Shown here piece after piece: positions 11,332 through 22,860 of a stretch of DNA of 51,428 nucleotides. Origin of the DNA: Phyllobates terribilis (Eukaryota); contig NW_027368227.1 of NCBI RefSeq assembly GCF_046119375.1, positions 1-51,428 on the forward strand, given 5' to 3'. Both the position numbers and the translations under genes were made by a program. Every line of letters begins with the position of its first letter. The stretch's first letter is position 1. Under the pieces are notes generated by a model. The model saw only the letters and a list, made by a program, of their open reading frames with translations, made no database searches and had not been told where the DNA came from.

Positions 11332-12923
11332 ATGGTCGACAAGTCACCACTAGCTAGTCTTACCAAGGAACAACTCCTTGAAGAGCTTTCCAAAGTGAGA
11401 AAAGAAGATGTAGAGGCAATCGTGCAGTGCCGTAACTTGGCTTATAAGGCGTCTATTGAGTCTTCAGTGACTCTGAAGAAGGTTGCTACTCCTTCTCCCT
11501 CACCGCCTCTCTCACCATCTCCAAAGAAAGAAGCTCCTCATGATACAAACTCTAGAGATTGGTGAAAGTCAAGATGCTTCCACTAGTAAAGAAATCATCC
11601 TCCTCACAGATCCAGCAAATATTATTGCTCTGGTGATTGCTGACAGCGAGAAGGTTGAGCTTGAAATCTTCACAACTCCGGCTAAACTAGGTGATCAGTT
11701 TACTATCTCTTCTTCTTCTAAAGTCGCTCTCTCTCTCGATGCTTCTTTTAAAGATGAAGTTGATGAGGTATTCGCTCTAGAGCAGCACAAACTGTTCAAA
11801 GATGCAAAAAGTGCATCTAAAGCTGTTGGAAAGCTAAAGCTTGAAGAGATAGAAGAAGAAGACGTGCTCTCAGAAGAAGAAGAAGTTGAATCTACTCCTC
11901 CAAAGAAAGGCAAAAAAGAGGTAAAGCAGAAAGCCAAGAAGAAGGCTAAGAAATAAACTAAAGCGGATCTCCCAGATTTTCTCCATTTCCTCTCGGTATT
12001 ACAAAGCGTGACATTCTTCGCCCTTTGATTTTGCCTCCAGAAATTCTTAAGGCAACTGAGGATGCCTTTGGGTAAGACAAGTTTCGCTACCTATTGAAGA
12101 TTCAGAAATGGGACAAGCTTGAGACCGAAGTGAGCAAAGAAGATCTTGATCTGGTAAGGAAATTCTACTCACGCTTTACTAACTCCTCCTCCGCTTCTGG
12201 TGAGCCATCAACTATCACCATTATGTGGCTCAATAACGCTGAGGAAAGCTTCAAGGTCAAGGATTTAGCGAAAGCAATCAGGCAGGATATAGGACCAGAC
12301 GGTTCACTTGTTACTTTTGGGCGCTTGAACAAGAAAAACTACCCAAGCGGCTCAACGACGATAAAAAAGGCAGTTTTTGGACCCAATGTGCCAGCGACAC
12401 TGAAAACCGAGCATCTGGCAGTGTCTAAGCGCCTCCTTCACTACTTCATCGTGAAGAACATAACGCCTCGCAACACCAACATGGATCAAGTCACCATCTC
12501 CGAATGCTACATCATGGCTCAGTGTCTTCAAGGTGAGTTGATCAACACTGCTCAAATTATATTCTCTCACATGATTGCATCTAGAGGGCATCATGGCAGT
12601 CCACTCCCTTTCCCGCATATTATTGCGAAGATGCTGAAGAATAAGGCATTATACAAGCCAGTTTCTGAGACCAACTTCGATGATATTCTTACAATGGAAA
12701 AGGTCAGTGAGCTTGTCACAAAGTCATCCAAGTCCCGGCAGCCTACCGCCAACTCATACAGAACCCAGTCTCGTGAACCTGCTATACTCGCTGCGAGCGA
12801 GTCTTCCTCCAGAATTGTCTCAGCTATTCAGTCTCTACATGACACTGCTGAGAAGCGTCTTGCCGAGATTGATACACAGCTCCAGTTACTCACAAAACGT
12901 CAAGACGATCAACGCAACATCAA
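11332..12923 (+). pseudogene. Sirevirus env-like / putative plant transposon protein ORF (~530 codons, two frameshifts, interrupted at the 3' end)
   Basis: ORFs 11332-11565, 11483-11956 and 12094-12933 join through two compensating frameshifts. Acidic/Lys-rich N-half. C-half has LVRKFYSRF, LLHYFIVKNITPR and LPFPHIIAKML, typical of ORFs between pol and the PPT in Sireviruses. Confidence 0.7.
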
Positions 12924-14134
12924 TCTACTATAAAAGTTGAGTTTGGGGTCAATTTATTACCTCCGATTCAACTTCAAATTCTTATTTTATCCCTTACTCT
13001 ATCAATGATATCTTCTAGAATTCATTTTATGCCCTTGTTGACCATCCGATATTACGTTGACAATTAAATACAAATTTAATTCCAGTAACCACAATTCTCA
13101 TTTTTAAGAGAATTTGAAAGTCCAAGTACTCCTTTCATCTTTACAATCAATGTACCATTTATTTAATTAAACATTATTCTCTTCATCCGTTACAAAAGAA
13201 GAAGAAGCTTATCAAGCAATTTTGAACAATAAAACAAAATCTTTTTTACATTCTTTTGACCACTAAGGGCTTGGAGACTATAAAACATTCACAACTGGAA
13301 GAATTTGATAGAACGATTCAAATGAGAACTCCAATTATGTCGGGCGACAGACTTTTGACTACTCAATACCATGAATTGGTAGTGCAAGTCATGGCTTCTT
13401 GCCCCTATTGACGATGATGATGCATGTGGAGACAACAATGCCTCTTCATTTCAAAGTTTTAGGTTCGCTTTCTCTCTGGCATCTTGATGCCTTTTTTCTA
13501 GGTTTCTCCCACTTTTGATGTATTTGTCATTTCCATGCTTTAATTTTTTCCTACAAAAAATTTATTGATATGATTTCTCTCACGTTTGATGTATTTGTCA
13601 TTTTCATGCTTTAGTTTTTTTTCTAAAAAACATTTGTTGATATGTTTCGTGTATATTTTACATGCTCGTGAAATTTTCTACTAACATCTCTAATCTGTAT
13701 TAACCAAATAAACATTGTTTGGTGAATGCATGGAGAAGACTAAGAATGAGAAGAAAGAATTGTAGAGCAATTCTGAGTTTAACAGAGTAGATTAGATGTG
13801 AATCGTTTACTTCGCATTGGATTGGTTTTGAAAAAATACAGTAAAGAAGAGCCTTAGTAAGTTAAAGTGCAATCCAAATGAGAATAGAGTTGGACTTCTA
13901 CAAATTGTTGAGAGAATGTTATAAAGAGTTGGGTTTGGCTTCGGTATGGGGTTGCAAAGATAGAGTACTAGAATAAGATATCATGTCTAATGTGTGTGAT
14001 AACAGTGAATGATTCTCCAACTTATGTTACTAATGATCGTCTCTATTATGTCCTTAGATTACATAATTATTTTTTTAGGGAAAAAAGATATAAATAAATC
14101 TTTTTCCGTAGATCATTTAATCATATAGTGAGAA
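12924..14134 (+). mobile_element. Helitron 5' portion inserted in the env-like ORF (own 3' end not found)
   Basis: A|TCTACTATAAAAGTTGAGTTTGGGGTC...; the first ~130 bp match the minus-strand Helitron 5' ends at 48640 and 49886. Confidence 0.7.
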
Positions 14135-14214
14135 CCAGAATCCTGTTGCCCTTCGCACGGGCCTTATATATGTCAATATTTTAGCTTATGTGATGAGTTT
14201 AACTTATGTTTCAC
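14135..14214 (-). mobile_element. 80-bp Helitron 3'-end fragment (same family as 322-884)
   Basis: The reverse complement matches 801-885 (TGAAACATAA.TTAAACTCATCACATAAGCTAAAATATTGACAT...GGCCCGTGCGAAG[4-nt deletion]GGCAACA.GATTCTGG|T). Confidence 0.85.
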
Positions 14215-16190
14215 AATCCGCCCCTCTGGTGAATCTGACTCTTACTAAAGCTTCCAGGCTAATTATCTGACCTACACTTCTTGTTTCCTCCCCCTATTAT
14301 CCCTATGTTTTTTTTGAAGTTTTTGGTAAAAGTTTTTTTTGTGTGTGTTATTATTTAGGGAACGGTCATTTGTGTTGCTTGGGTTTATCTAATTAATGTG
14401 TTGGGCCACTTTAGACACTTTTGAATATCAATGAAAATTATCTTTGACCACATTATTCAAGAGGCTCTCGTACTTATCAAATTTTATATGTTGCTTCTTG
14501 ATGATGCCAAAAGGGAGAAAATCGTAGGGAGTTAACTTTTTAAGGTGGAATGAATATCTAGGATGTATCTATCTGAGGGGAACGTTTCCTTGTCTTGTGT
14601 TAAACGTTTTTCCTTGTCTTTCTTGTGTATGACCTAGATTAAATTTAAATAATTAGGGTGTTTTTTAGCATCAAAAAGAGGGAAATTTATTAGGTTTCTT
14701 ATGTTTTAATGGTAAAAAAACTCTCCTAACAAGTTTCTTTGAGTTAAGTATTGTATATTTATCGAAGCTTGTTTTTAGGGAAGGTTTCCATTTGTGAAAA
14801 CACTACTAAACAAATTGTATTTTAGCCCGTAACCTATTAGCCCGGACTACAAATATCCGTGATATATTGTCCTAATAGACAGAATGTTATAGTCTATTTC
14901 ATAGGGATACACAATTAGCCCGGGCATTCTTTTAATGTCCGGGCTAAAGTTAGAAATAATATTTCAACTTAACTTCTTTTTAGTCCGGGCGTGTTTCTGT
15001 TTTATTATACCCGGGCTCTTAAGTCCCACCCAAGATATTCTACCCACCTATATTCTTATGTCCTAGTTTTATTTACTCTTATGTCCGGGAACCATTATTA
15101 TTAGTTTTTAAAAAAGTAAAAAAAATAAATGAAGTGTCCAGATCATCCCACTTCTTCAACTCCACCAATTGAGTCCCCTTTCGCTTCTCTCAACCCCCAA
15201 ATGGAAGGGCAACCACCAATTATGCCGCCATCACCTTCATCATCGCAACCGCCTCCGCACGATGACGATCGGCCTCCAGCCTCCTCATATTTTTCTTCCG
15301 AGGATGCATCCACGTCTTCAGAGGTTAAAGAATAAGAGGGAGAAAATGACCTAGAAGAAAGAGAGTCTGATTCAGAACAAATGGAAGCGTTAATACGCTA
15401 CCGGTCAAGCTATCAACTCCAGCCAAGATTCTCATCGCAGTGGTGGCAACGACAGTCTCCAGAGGAGTAGTAGATGAATTCGTTAGAGAAGTTACCTGGT
15501 CTTGCATCATCGTGATGCTCACATTCTAGTTCTTCGGTAACTAATTTATAATTTAATTGCTTTTTCCGCCTTATTCAAGTAATATTACTCATGCTTCACA
15601 GATTAGACTTTGATTTATGGTTATAGTTACAGTTTTAAGATCATATTTGATAATTGATTTGTCCGATATTGAATGGCAAGGAAGGGTCATTGATGTATAA
15701 TTGACTTAGCTAATTGGTTCTTAAAAATAATGCAGTTTCTTTGACTTCGATTTAGGATTTATAATTGCAGTTTTGTATGTTGGGGTTGCTTTTAGCTAGT
15801 GTTGGAACTCTCCCTGTAGACATTGTGTATAGAAAATCCTTAAAAGACTGTGAATTGTACCAATACTAAGGTTTGTTGTTATGATACTTGAACAACTGAA
15901 GGGGTTTATTTTGGTTTAACATCTCACAATGGTTCGTGCTTGATTTAGCTTCACTTAGGAGTTAGGACTACAATTTTCTATTGGATTTTCACTGATCTGT
16001 TTCGGGCTTAATTGGTCAATGGCTCTATTCTAGTTATCATTATAGTCTTCATGGTTTGTTATAGTTTGCGTATCTTGTCAAGATATTCATTAGTTTCCTT
16101 TGTTTTTATTCTTTTAATATTTTGATAAGATGGCAAATGTTGAGCACCATTAACCCTCATTATGTATACTTCATTTACTGTTGCTTTCAG

Positions 16191-16536
16191 GTTAGTGAGT
16201 TTCTTGCTTTCTTGGAAACTGATTCTCTAGATGTGGAGGAAGAGAATGTTGTTTCTAGACCTTCAACTAGTTATGATGATTTATGGGCAAAAACCCTTTT
16301 GGAGACAACAGAGCAAGAGGTGAAGCTTAGAATGCACGCATCACTTGATTTAAATATTGTAACCAACTCTTGAAGGTAGCTATAAGTTATTAATGCATTG
16401 TGAAGATTAAGTACTTGCATTTACAGGAAGATGATGCACGTGGAAACATCTATATTTTCTCATTTCGGAGGAATGAACTATCCATCATTGTTTAGCTCAC
16501 CGCTCATCCCCATCTTATGGGGCTTCACAATCCTCT
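16191..16536 (+). pseudogene. TASH3: Captured fragment of TASH3 (SH3-containing TPLATE-complex subunit): two consecutive exons plus intron
   Basis: Exon 16191-16319 VSEFLAFLETDSLDVEEENVVSRPSTSYDDLWAKTLLETTEQE, then a GT-AG intron, then an exon from 16427 EDDA[deletion]VETSIFSHFGGMNYPSLFSS. This matches my recollection of the TASH3 linker (SRPSVSYDDMWAKTLLE...SISSHFGGMNYPSLFSS). Confidence 0.8.
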
Positions 16537-16890
16537 ATAATTTATCCTCCTTCCATTTTCTTCTTATCACTTGCATCACTTGGTCTGATTCATAATGAGA
16601 CCTGGCTTATATTCTAGAATATGCTGAGAAATGAGAATGATTGTTGTGTAATTATGTGTAGATTGTTGATTAGAGAATATGTGCAGACCTTGCTGTTTCT
16701 CGTGCTTTTGATGATATTCATTTCAAGACCAAGAAAAATGAGTCTACTTTTTCTCTTATCCGTAGATTGGATTATTATGATTTATTATGGAAGAATGTTT
16801 GTGTGTAGTATATTACTATAACACCATTCAGTCTTGGTATAGGACGGTGAAGAAGGGAGTTAAAGAAAGAACATATATAAATTAAACAAA

Positions 16891-17064
16891 GGCTTTGTTT
16901 GGTAAAGCCTACTTATTCTTTATAAAGACTTTATTTTAAATAAATATTTTTCATGTTTTCGAAAAGCGTGTAATTTATTATCTTTTATTTTATCTTTCAT
17001 ACTCTAGTTTATTAAAATAAGTACACGTCTTTTCTTAAAAAGTATTTTTTAACCAAACAAAGTT
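16891..17064. mobile_element. Tourist-like MITE inside the Pack-CACTA
   Basis: Inverted termini GGCTTTGTTTGGTAAA ... TTAACCAAACAAAGTT with an AT-rich interior. No clear TSD. Confidence 0.4.
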
Positions 17065-17250
17065 ATCAATAAAAACCTCTTTATAAACAATAAATCTCTT
17101 TATAAATATACACACCTAACAAATGTGGGGCTTTGGCTTGTTGTTATGAAAAATAAAAATATATGAAAATGCCTCTTTTTTGAAGATATTGCAGTTTGGA
17201 ATTTATGGTATTCTTGATTTGGTTGTTGGTTTACATGATGTATTATCTAG

Positions 17251-18115
17251 GATATTGTCTTTTTCATTAAGTGGTCCTCGAGGTATATGTGTTCTATCAG
17301 CAACATGAACTGTTTCTAATATTGCAATTAGGCAACCAGGTTCTCCAACTGGAGCTACGTTCAGATATGAGGTAAAACTGTAGTGATGTGAACGTTGTAA
17401 TGTCAGTTTAAGACTTGGTTAATGCATTTTGAATGCTTTTTAATGCCATTTTGAGACATGATAGTATTGTGTTGTGCTGTTTGGAGAAGTTTGGAATTAT
17501 GACTTTGAATTCTTCTCTAGTAGGTTATATTGGGTGACATTGTCAAAATGATTTGTTGATGATGCTGTATTTTCTTCTTGGAGGTCAGCAGTAGATGGGA
17601 TTTGCATACGCTTTGCTATTTTTGTTACTCTCTTGGATTTATAATCGTTTTTCATGATTGTGCTGACTGTAAAAACTTTGTGGGTATAAAAGTTACTATT
17701 ATTGATCTTCTGGTATTCAGAGCACAAAAATGATCCTTCCTGCTTGCTCCAGCCCAAGATGGAAACTTTTTTTCCTTCAAATTTGATACCTAATAGATGA
17801 AGAATTAAACCATGTTTAGGGCTTCAGTCATAATTTTTTTGTCAACATATACTTCTATTGGTGTTGCTATCATACTTCATACTCAACCATGCATCAATAT
17901 CTTATCACGCTTACTTTCATAATCATATATACTTTTTGATAATGTGTTTTTAATTAGGGCCAATTCGAGATAATTAGACCGTATGTAGCTAACGACTCTG
18001 GTGGTAGAAGCACGACGGGTGGTCTGAGCATCTCATTAGTTGACTCCGACGGTCGTGTCATCGGATGCTTGGTGGTGCTGTTGTTGGTGTTGTTAGAGCC
18101 ACTACTCTTAGTCAA
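17251..18115 (+). pseudogene. AHL: Captured fragment of an AT-hook motif nuclear-localized (AHL) gene: two PPC/DUF296 exons with their intron
   Basis: Exon 17251-17371 ILSFSLSGPRGICVLSAT*TVSNIAIRQPGSPTGATFRYE. Exon 17958-18115 GQFEII...GGLSISLVDSDGRVIG[fs]LGGAVVGVVRATTLSQ. Splice sites fall at the YE|G and Q|V positions of intron-containing AHL genes. Confidence 0.85.
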
Positions 18116-18756
18116 GTAAGTCCTTCTTTCATTTATATATGTGTATATATATATATGATTTTCCACCGGAGCAACAAAACACTTTGTTTGAATTGGGTCA
18201 AGCTGTTTGCGACTGTTATTGTTACTCTATGACTTCACGACCACTAGCTGAGGTAAAGTCTCTTGAACTTAACGCATTCTGACTACACAATTGGTGGTAA
18301 TGAAGAGGTAAAGTCAATACTTATTTTTCTTGGCAAACTTCTAAGTCCTACATCATCAGAAACTAGATATATAAGGATTTTTTGTGAGAAATTTGGATTT
18401 TGTGAAACATTTATGGTTCTATTCCATTAGTGAGAAATAAATGAAAATAATGGAATCAATAAGCTCAACTATAAGCACTTTCCCATTTGGTCTATGTGAA
18501 CTACATTTTATTAGTAATTTGAAAGCACTAAGTTCTAACAATAAACAAAGTATGTCCTTTTTTAACTTTGATTACTACGCTGCTTATTAGGTGCAAAAAT
18601 CAGATGGAAGAAAGAGTGTCACAGTCCCATATGGAATGAATAAAGCACCTACTTTTAATGACTCCAGAACGTGGTTTGAGAATATGTACGTCTCTATGGA
18701 AATTGGTTCTTTTAAGGCAAGTTTACATTATTTGTTCTACTCATGAGAACTTATGG

Positions 18757-19400
18757 ATGCTAATACTAACTTTTCCTTAAATTTCTTGACTAAAAACTGT
18801 CTAGCAATGGGGGGGTTTCTTGGACAAAAGGTCGGAGATAAACCTTTCTTACAGTGTACGAAACTCTTCCTCTTCGATGCTCATTATTGCTCAAGGTTCA
18901 TGTCAAGCTTTACAATATGAACCTCTTCCTACTATCTCATTTTTTATAATTAAATTTTGAGACCCTTATAGTCTACATAATTATTCTTGTAGCTCATATG
19001 CTATGTGTGATAGTGTCTTGCAACGATGTAAAGTCCTGCTGCTTGCATGAAATTGATGTTGATGATAGATCTAACTCTTACTAGACTGATAGGAATCTAG
19101 GATATAGAATCCAATAATTAATAAGAAATACTGCCAGCATTGCCATTTTGGAACATAAGAAAGCCGGCTTACCTTTTAAGAAATATGATTTAGATGTTAT
19201 ATTCCTAACTTTTTCTTGAATGCTAATACTAACTTTTTCTTAACTTTCTTGACCGAAAATCGTCTAGCAATGGGGTTTTTCTTAAACAAAAGATCTAAGA
19301 TAAACATTTCTTATAGTGTGTGCAACTCTTCCTCTTTGATGCTCATTATTGCTCAAGGTTTGTATAAAGCTTTATAATTATAACTTCTTCCTACCATCTC
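18757..19400 (+). repeat. Diverged direct repeat, ~170 bp x2 (about 18757-18930 and 19219-19400)
   Basis: Shared ATGCTAATACTAACTTTT..., GTCTAGCAATGGGG and AACTCTTCCTCTT.GATGCTCATTATTGCTCAAGGTT. Confidence 0.8.
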
Positions 19401-20000
19401 CTATGTTTTATCTCTTTAATTGGTATCTTTTGGGTGATTTTTTACAATCGTTATTGTTGAATTTTTTATAATTATCTAAAATATGTTCATTATCATTTAC
19501 ATGATGTCAAATGTCAAGAATGATTTATGTTATTAAGGTGAATTAGGATCTATGAAACAATATTTAAATTCATTTACATAAAGACAATCAATCAATTAGG
19601 ACTATGAAATTAAGTGAACAATTATATTGTGTGTTAGATGTTAAAATGTTGTCTTATATTTGGATTATTATTACAAAATTCATATTATTAATGTGTGTTG
19701 TACAATGTTGAAATTTCAGATTATTAATTCTGATATATACATGAAAGTGATTAGTATAGTGGGTAAAAATCCATATTTTCTGGATAAGAGTATACAGCCC
19801 GGATATCGAAAAAGAGAAGTCTGGGCTAAAAAACCCTCTTATTCGTGCACTATTTTTACTATAGGGCCCGCGCGTGTGTGAAAGTTGATCAAGTCTCTAT
19901 ACCCTTTTAGCCCAAAGACCTGAAGTCCGGACCGTTTTTGGCTATATCCGGGCTCCATACCATTATACGCCCCGGCTAAAAAGACATTTTTCTTGTAGTG

Positions 20001-20680
20001 AAGGTTTATGTAAAAGTTATGTTAATACACCAGGAAATGTTACCAGAAATAAGGAAGAAAGGAATAGGACGAGGGACGAGTTATAGTGTGGACTTGAAGA
20101 AAAAGTTTCTATAATTGGTGAAGATTCTCTGAACCGACTTTGAAGAATGAATCTTGGAAAAGAAAATGAGAAGGCGAGTTATCTTGACCTAAAAAATAAC
20201 AATGTCACATAAGAATATTTGGTTCAAACATGCTGTCAAGATTCAATAAATGTGAAAGATCCGGTTAGTTAGTTTACTTTAAATAAAATCTTCGATTATC
20301 ATGCTAATTAGGTTAAATGGTAGTTTGGGCATTTAGAGTGATATATGCCACATGTATTCAAGGTGCACTTAGATATTAGGTCTCAACCATAGAGAGAAGA
20401 GGAATTGTACTCTTAGAGATAGAGTTGTAGTGTGAGTGAGAGGATTGACTCAAGGTATAATCTGAGCTCTCATTTATAACAAGCAAAAAATCAATAAAGA
20501 TACTTTTCAAAATCCTTCTAGTGAAAAACTAGAAGGTAGTAGTTTTACTCAATACTAGTTTGTATTGAGTTTTCCACTCTAAGTCATGTGTTCATCTTTC
20601 CTATTCTTATTATTCCGCTGCATAGTTCTCAGGGAAGGATTACTCTCTTCCCTTAGATATTTACGACGACTTATCCAACA
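20001..20680 (+). mobile_element. LTR-like sequence (copia-type 3' end), right of the CACTA
   Basis: Ends ...TATTCCGCTGC...TTATCCAACA, with U5-type hairpins (CCTTCTAGT/ACTAGAAGG, ACTCAATAC/GTATTGAGT). No PBS follows, and it is not alignable by eye to 7986-8686. Confidence 0.5.
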
Positions 20681-21159
20681 CTAAGGCTAACAATTTGAAT
20701 AAAGTCTCCACTCTCATCTCATTCCTCTCGAAGATGGAAAATGTAAATTCAATCGTTCCGATTATAATTATAATAATATTGGAAATCCTTTGGAATCCTC
20801 TAAACATAGTCGCTTATGATAAATCGGGTCAATAATTCTCATGTTTTTTTATCGTTCTTTATCGATTCGTTTCCTATCTCATAAATTTAATATCCTTCCT
20901 AGTTGCTTATATTCTATCAATCTTTCTTATGGCTGAGATAAGTGGTGGATGAGACTATATTAAAGGAGCGTTCTTTTAAACGTGATACGCGCAACTGCCT
21001 AGAACCATAAATATATATGCACACCTTTTGGGTTGTGGCTGAGATTAATGAATCATTCGTATGGCTCGAATTTACAAACGCAATTTCAGTAGTGGCAAGT
21101 AAGCAATTTCAGTTGTCTGGAGCTAAAAAACTGTTTCAGGCAATTTTTTGTTGTTATTA

Positions 21160-21550
21160 CTAGATGAGATTATGCCCGTTCTATGTATGAGTTAAACTTT
21201 TTTTATCTATTTTAAAATTTATTTGTTATTTATACCTGAATTTTTATTTAGTAAATTATATTTGTAATTCAATATTATTCTAGATTTGAACATTTTTAGT
21301 TTAGGATATGATTAAGTAAGAGCAAAACAGAATACATATACGTTATATATATTTCAAAATAATTATTTTTTTCATTTCTATAGCAAAATAAATGCGTGTT
21401 TACGTCCTTTTTAGTGACAAAAAGAACATCAATTATGAATGTCATAGATATTAAAAGTTTATTAACATCAGATAATTCAGTAAAAATATTAAAATATCTC
21501 ATTTGATACATCAAGGCATGTGATATACACGTTAAAGATGTGTGTATATG
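21160..21550 (-). mobile_element. Degenerate Helitron 3' fragment
   Basis: The minus strand reads CTCATACATAGAACGGGCATAATCTCATCTAG|T (decayed hairpin plus CTAG at 21163-21160). The upper boundary is a guess. Confidence 0.5.
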
Positions 21551-21554
21551 CAAT

Positions 21555-22300
21555 TTGACGGTATTTTAGTGTGTTTATGAGCTTCTTTAGAGAACATTTG
21601 AATTAATTGAAGATTATACATGGAGTGTGCTATCTAAAGTATTTAAGAAGATTATTGGAAGAATTGAAGACTTTGGAAATCAAAAGAGGCAACACAGACA
21701 AAGTCAATGCGAAGCTGTAGCAGACTGCACAACTGGCGACCGCGGCGCAAGCCACGGTAACTGCTTATCGTATTTCGTGAAGCGCAAGCGGCGCGAGGAA
21801 CGGCGACCACGGTTGGATAAGCCCGCTGTTGAGCATCAGAAATCACCCTAGACTTCTATTTATTTTGGTTATTTTTCGCTCTAGTAATCTATTTTTTGTT
21901 AATCTGATTTAGACATAATATTATTATAGATAGTGGAGTTTCGAGGTTTATACGGATAGAAAACACAATTCCAATCTCATACCCTGTCGCATCCATTCAG
22001 TTTAGTTTTACGTGTTCTAAGTTGAACATGAACTAAGCCTCCGTTCTTAGTTGGATATTGAAGTTTCTAGTTTGATTAAAGCTGTGAGATTTTTATTCCT
22101 TACATTTTGTTATTTTGTTATCTTTTCTCTTGTGGTTGAATTGAATTAGGTTTTTATGGAGATAATTGTTAGTATGGTCAATTAGCTTTTGTGTTGATTT
22201 CATCCTTTGCTAGGATAGATTGTGTCGAGTTTAGCATCATATTCCTTCATTTCACTATTTCTTCGTACGGGCTTCTGTTCACGGTTTGAGATCTTATATG
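21555..22300 (+). mobile_element. Decayed Athila/Ty3-type LTR fragment
   Basis: Same order of blocks as the Athila LTR at 32585-33966 (GAAGA-rich tract, GC-rich GGCGACC/GCGGCGC motifs, T-rich tract, ATGAACTAAGCC). No termini or TSD found. Confidence 0.4.
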
Positions 22301-22581
22301 GATTGTACATTAAATACAACATATCAGTTTTGGTTGAACTTTACCTGTCATATAACTGTGTTGAAAATATGTAAAGTAACTAAAAGAATATTTTCTTAGA
22401 TAAAGAACTATTTTTAGAGGAATATCTTTCCATTTTTCACTTTGTTGGGTGTTAGTGTGGATCTTCTAATGCAAGATACACAACAAGTTATGTAGGATCC
22501 AATTAATTATAGACATGTGTTTATTTTCAATTATTAAAGATGCAAATTACATACCTTTATTTTCTTTCCAAAAATAAGCAG

Positions 22582-22860
22582 CTCCCTCCGTCCCATATTA
22601 TAACACTAATTTCCAAACTTTTGCAGGAATTATGACGGTGAAAATGTATGATAATTAGAGGTTAAAAGGAGGAAAGAGAAATAGATGAAGTGTGTTGGAT
22701 GATGATAAATGTGTTGGGTGAAGAGACATAGAAAAAAGAAGAGAATTATTGGTGTTGGGTGAAGATAAGTTATTGAGAGTAGTGATATTGTGTTGGAAGA
22801 AGATAAAATTATAGTGGAATATTTCTTGATTTAGAATATGAGAAGAACTTTTTAGAATAC
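22582..22860 (+). mobile_element. Truncated Stowaway MITE
   Basis: Left TIR CTCCCTCCGTCCCATATTATA. The right TIR is absent. Confidence 0.45.

Larger units (their letters stand above)
7986..14800 (+). mobile_element. Sirevirus (Ty1/copia SIRE lineage) non-autonomous or deleted element: partial 5' LTR, PBS, gag, no recognisable pol, env-like ORF, PPT, start of 3' LTR
   Basis: LTR ends ...CCACA at 8686, followed by a tRNA-iMet PBS, a copia gag and an env-like ORF. PPT CATCAAAAAGAGGGAAAT at 14669-14686 is followed by an LTR-like start TTATTAGGTTTCTTATGTTTTAATGGTAAAAAAAC. The left boundary is uncertain. Confidence 0.75.
14801..20000. mobile_element. Non-autonomous CACTA (Pack-CACTA), 5200 bp
   Basis: Termini CACTACTAAACAAATTGTATTTTAGCCCG (14801) and, on the reverse strand, CACTACAAGAAAAATGTCTTTTTAGCCGG (20000), 21/29 identical. 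Both ends have subterminal TAGCCCGG/CCGGGCTA motif clusters. Flanks AAA and AAG form an imperfect 3-bp TSD. No transposase motif inside. Confidence 0.85.

Noticed and set aside
20700-21100. Possible organellar (NUPT/NUMT) or viral insertion
   Set aside because: No plastid, mitochondrial or caulimovirid gene motif was recognisable here or elsewhere in the window.
21627-21851. Short ORFs on both strands in a GC-rich patch
   Set aside because: They fall in an Athila-LTR-like block and have no domain similarity that I can recognise.
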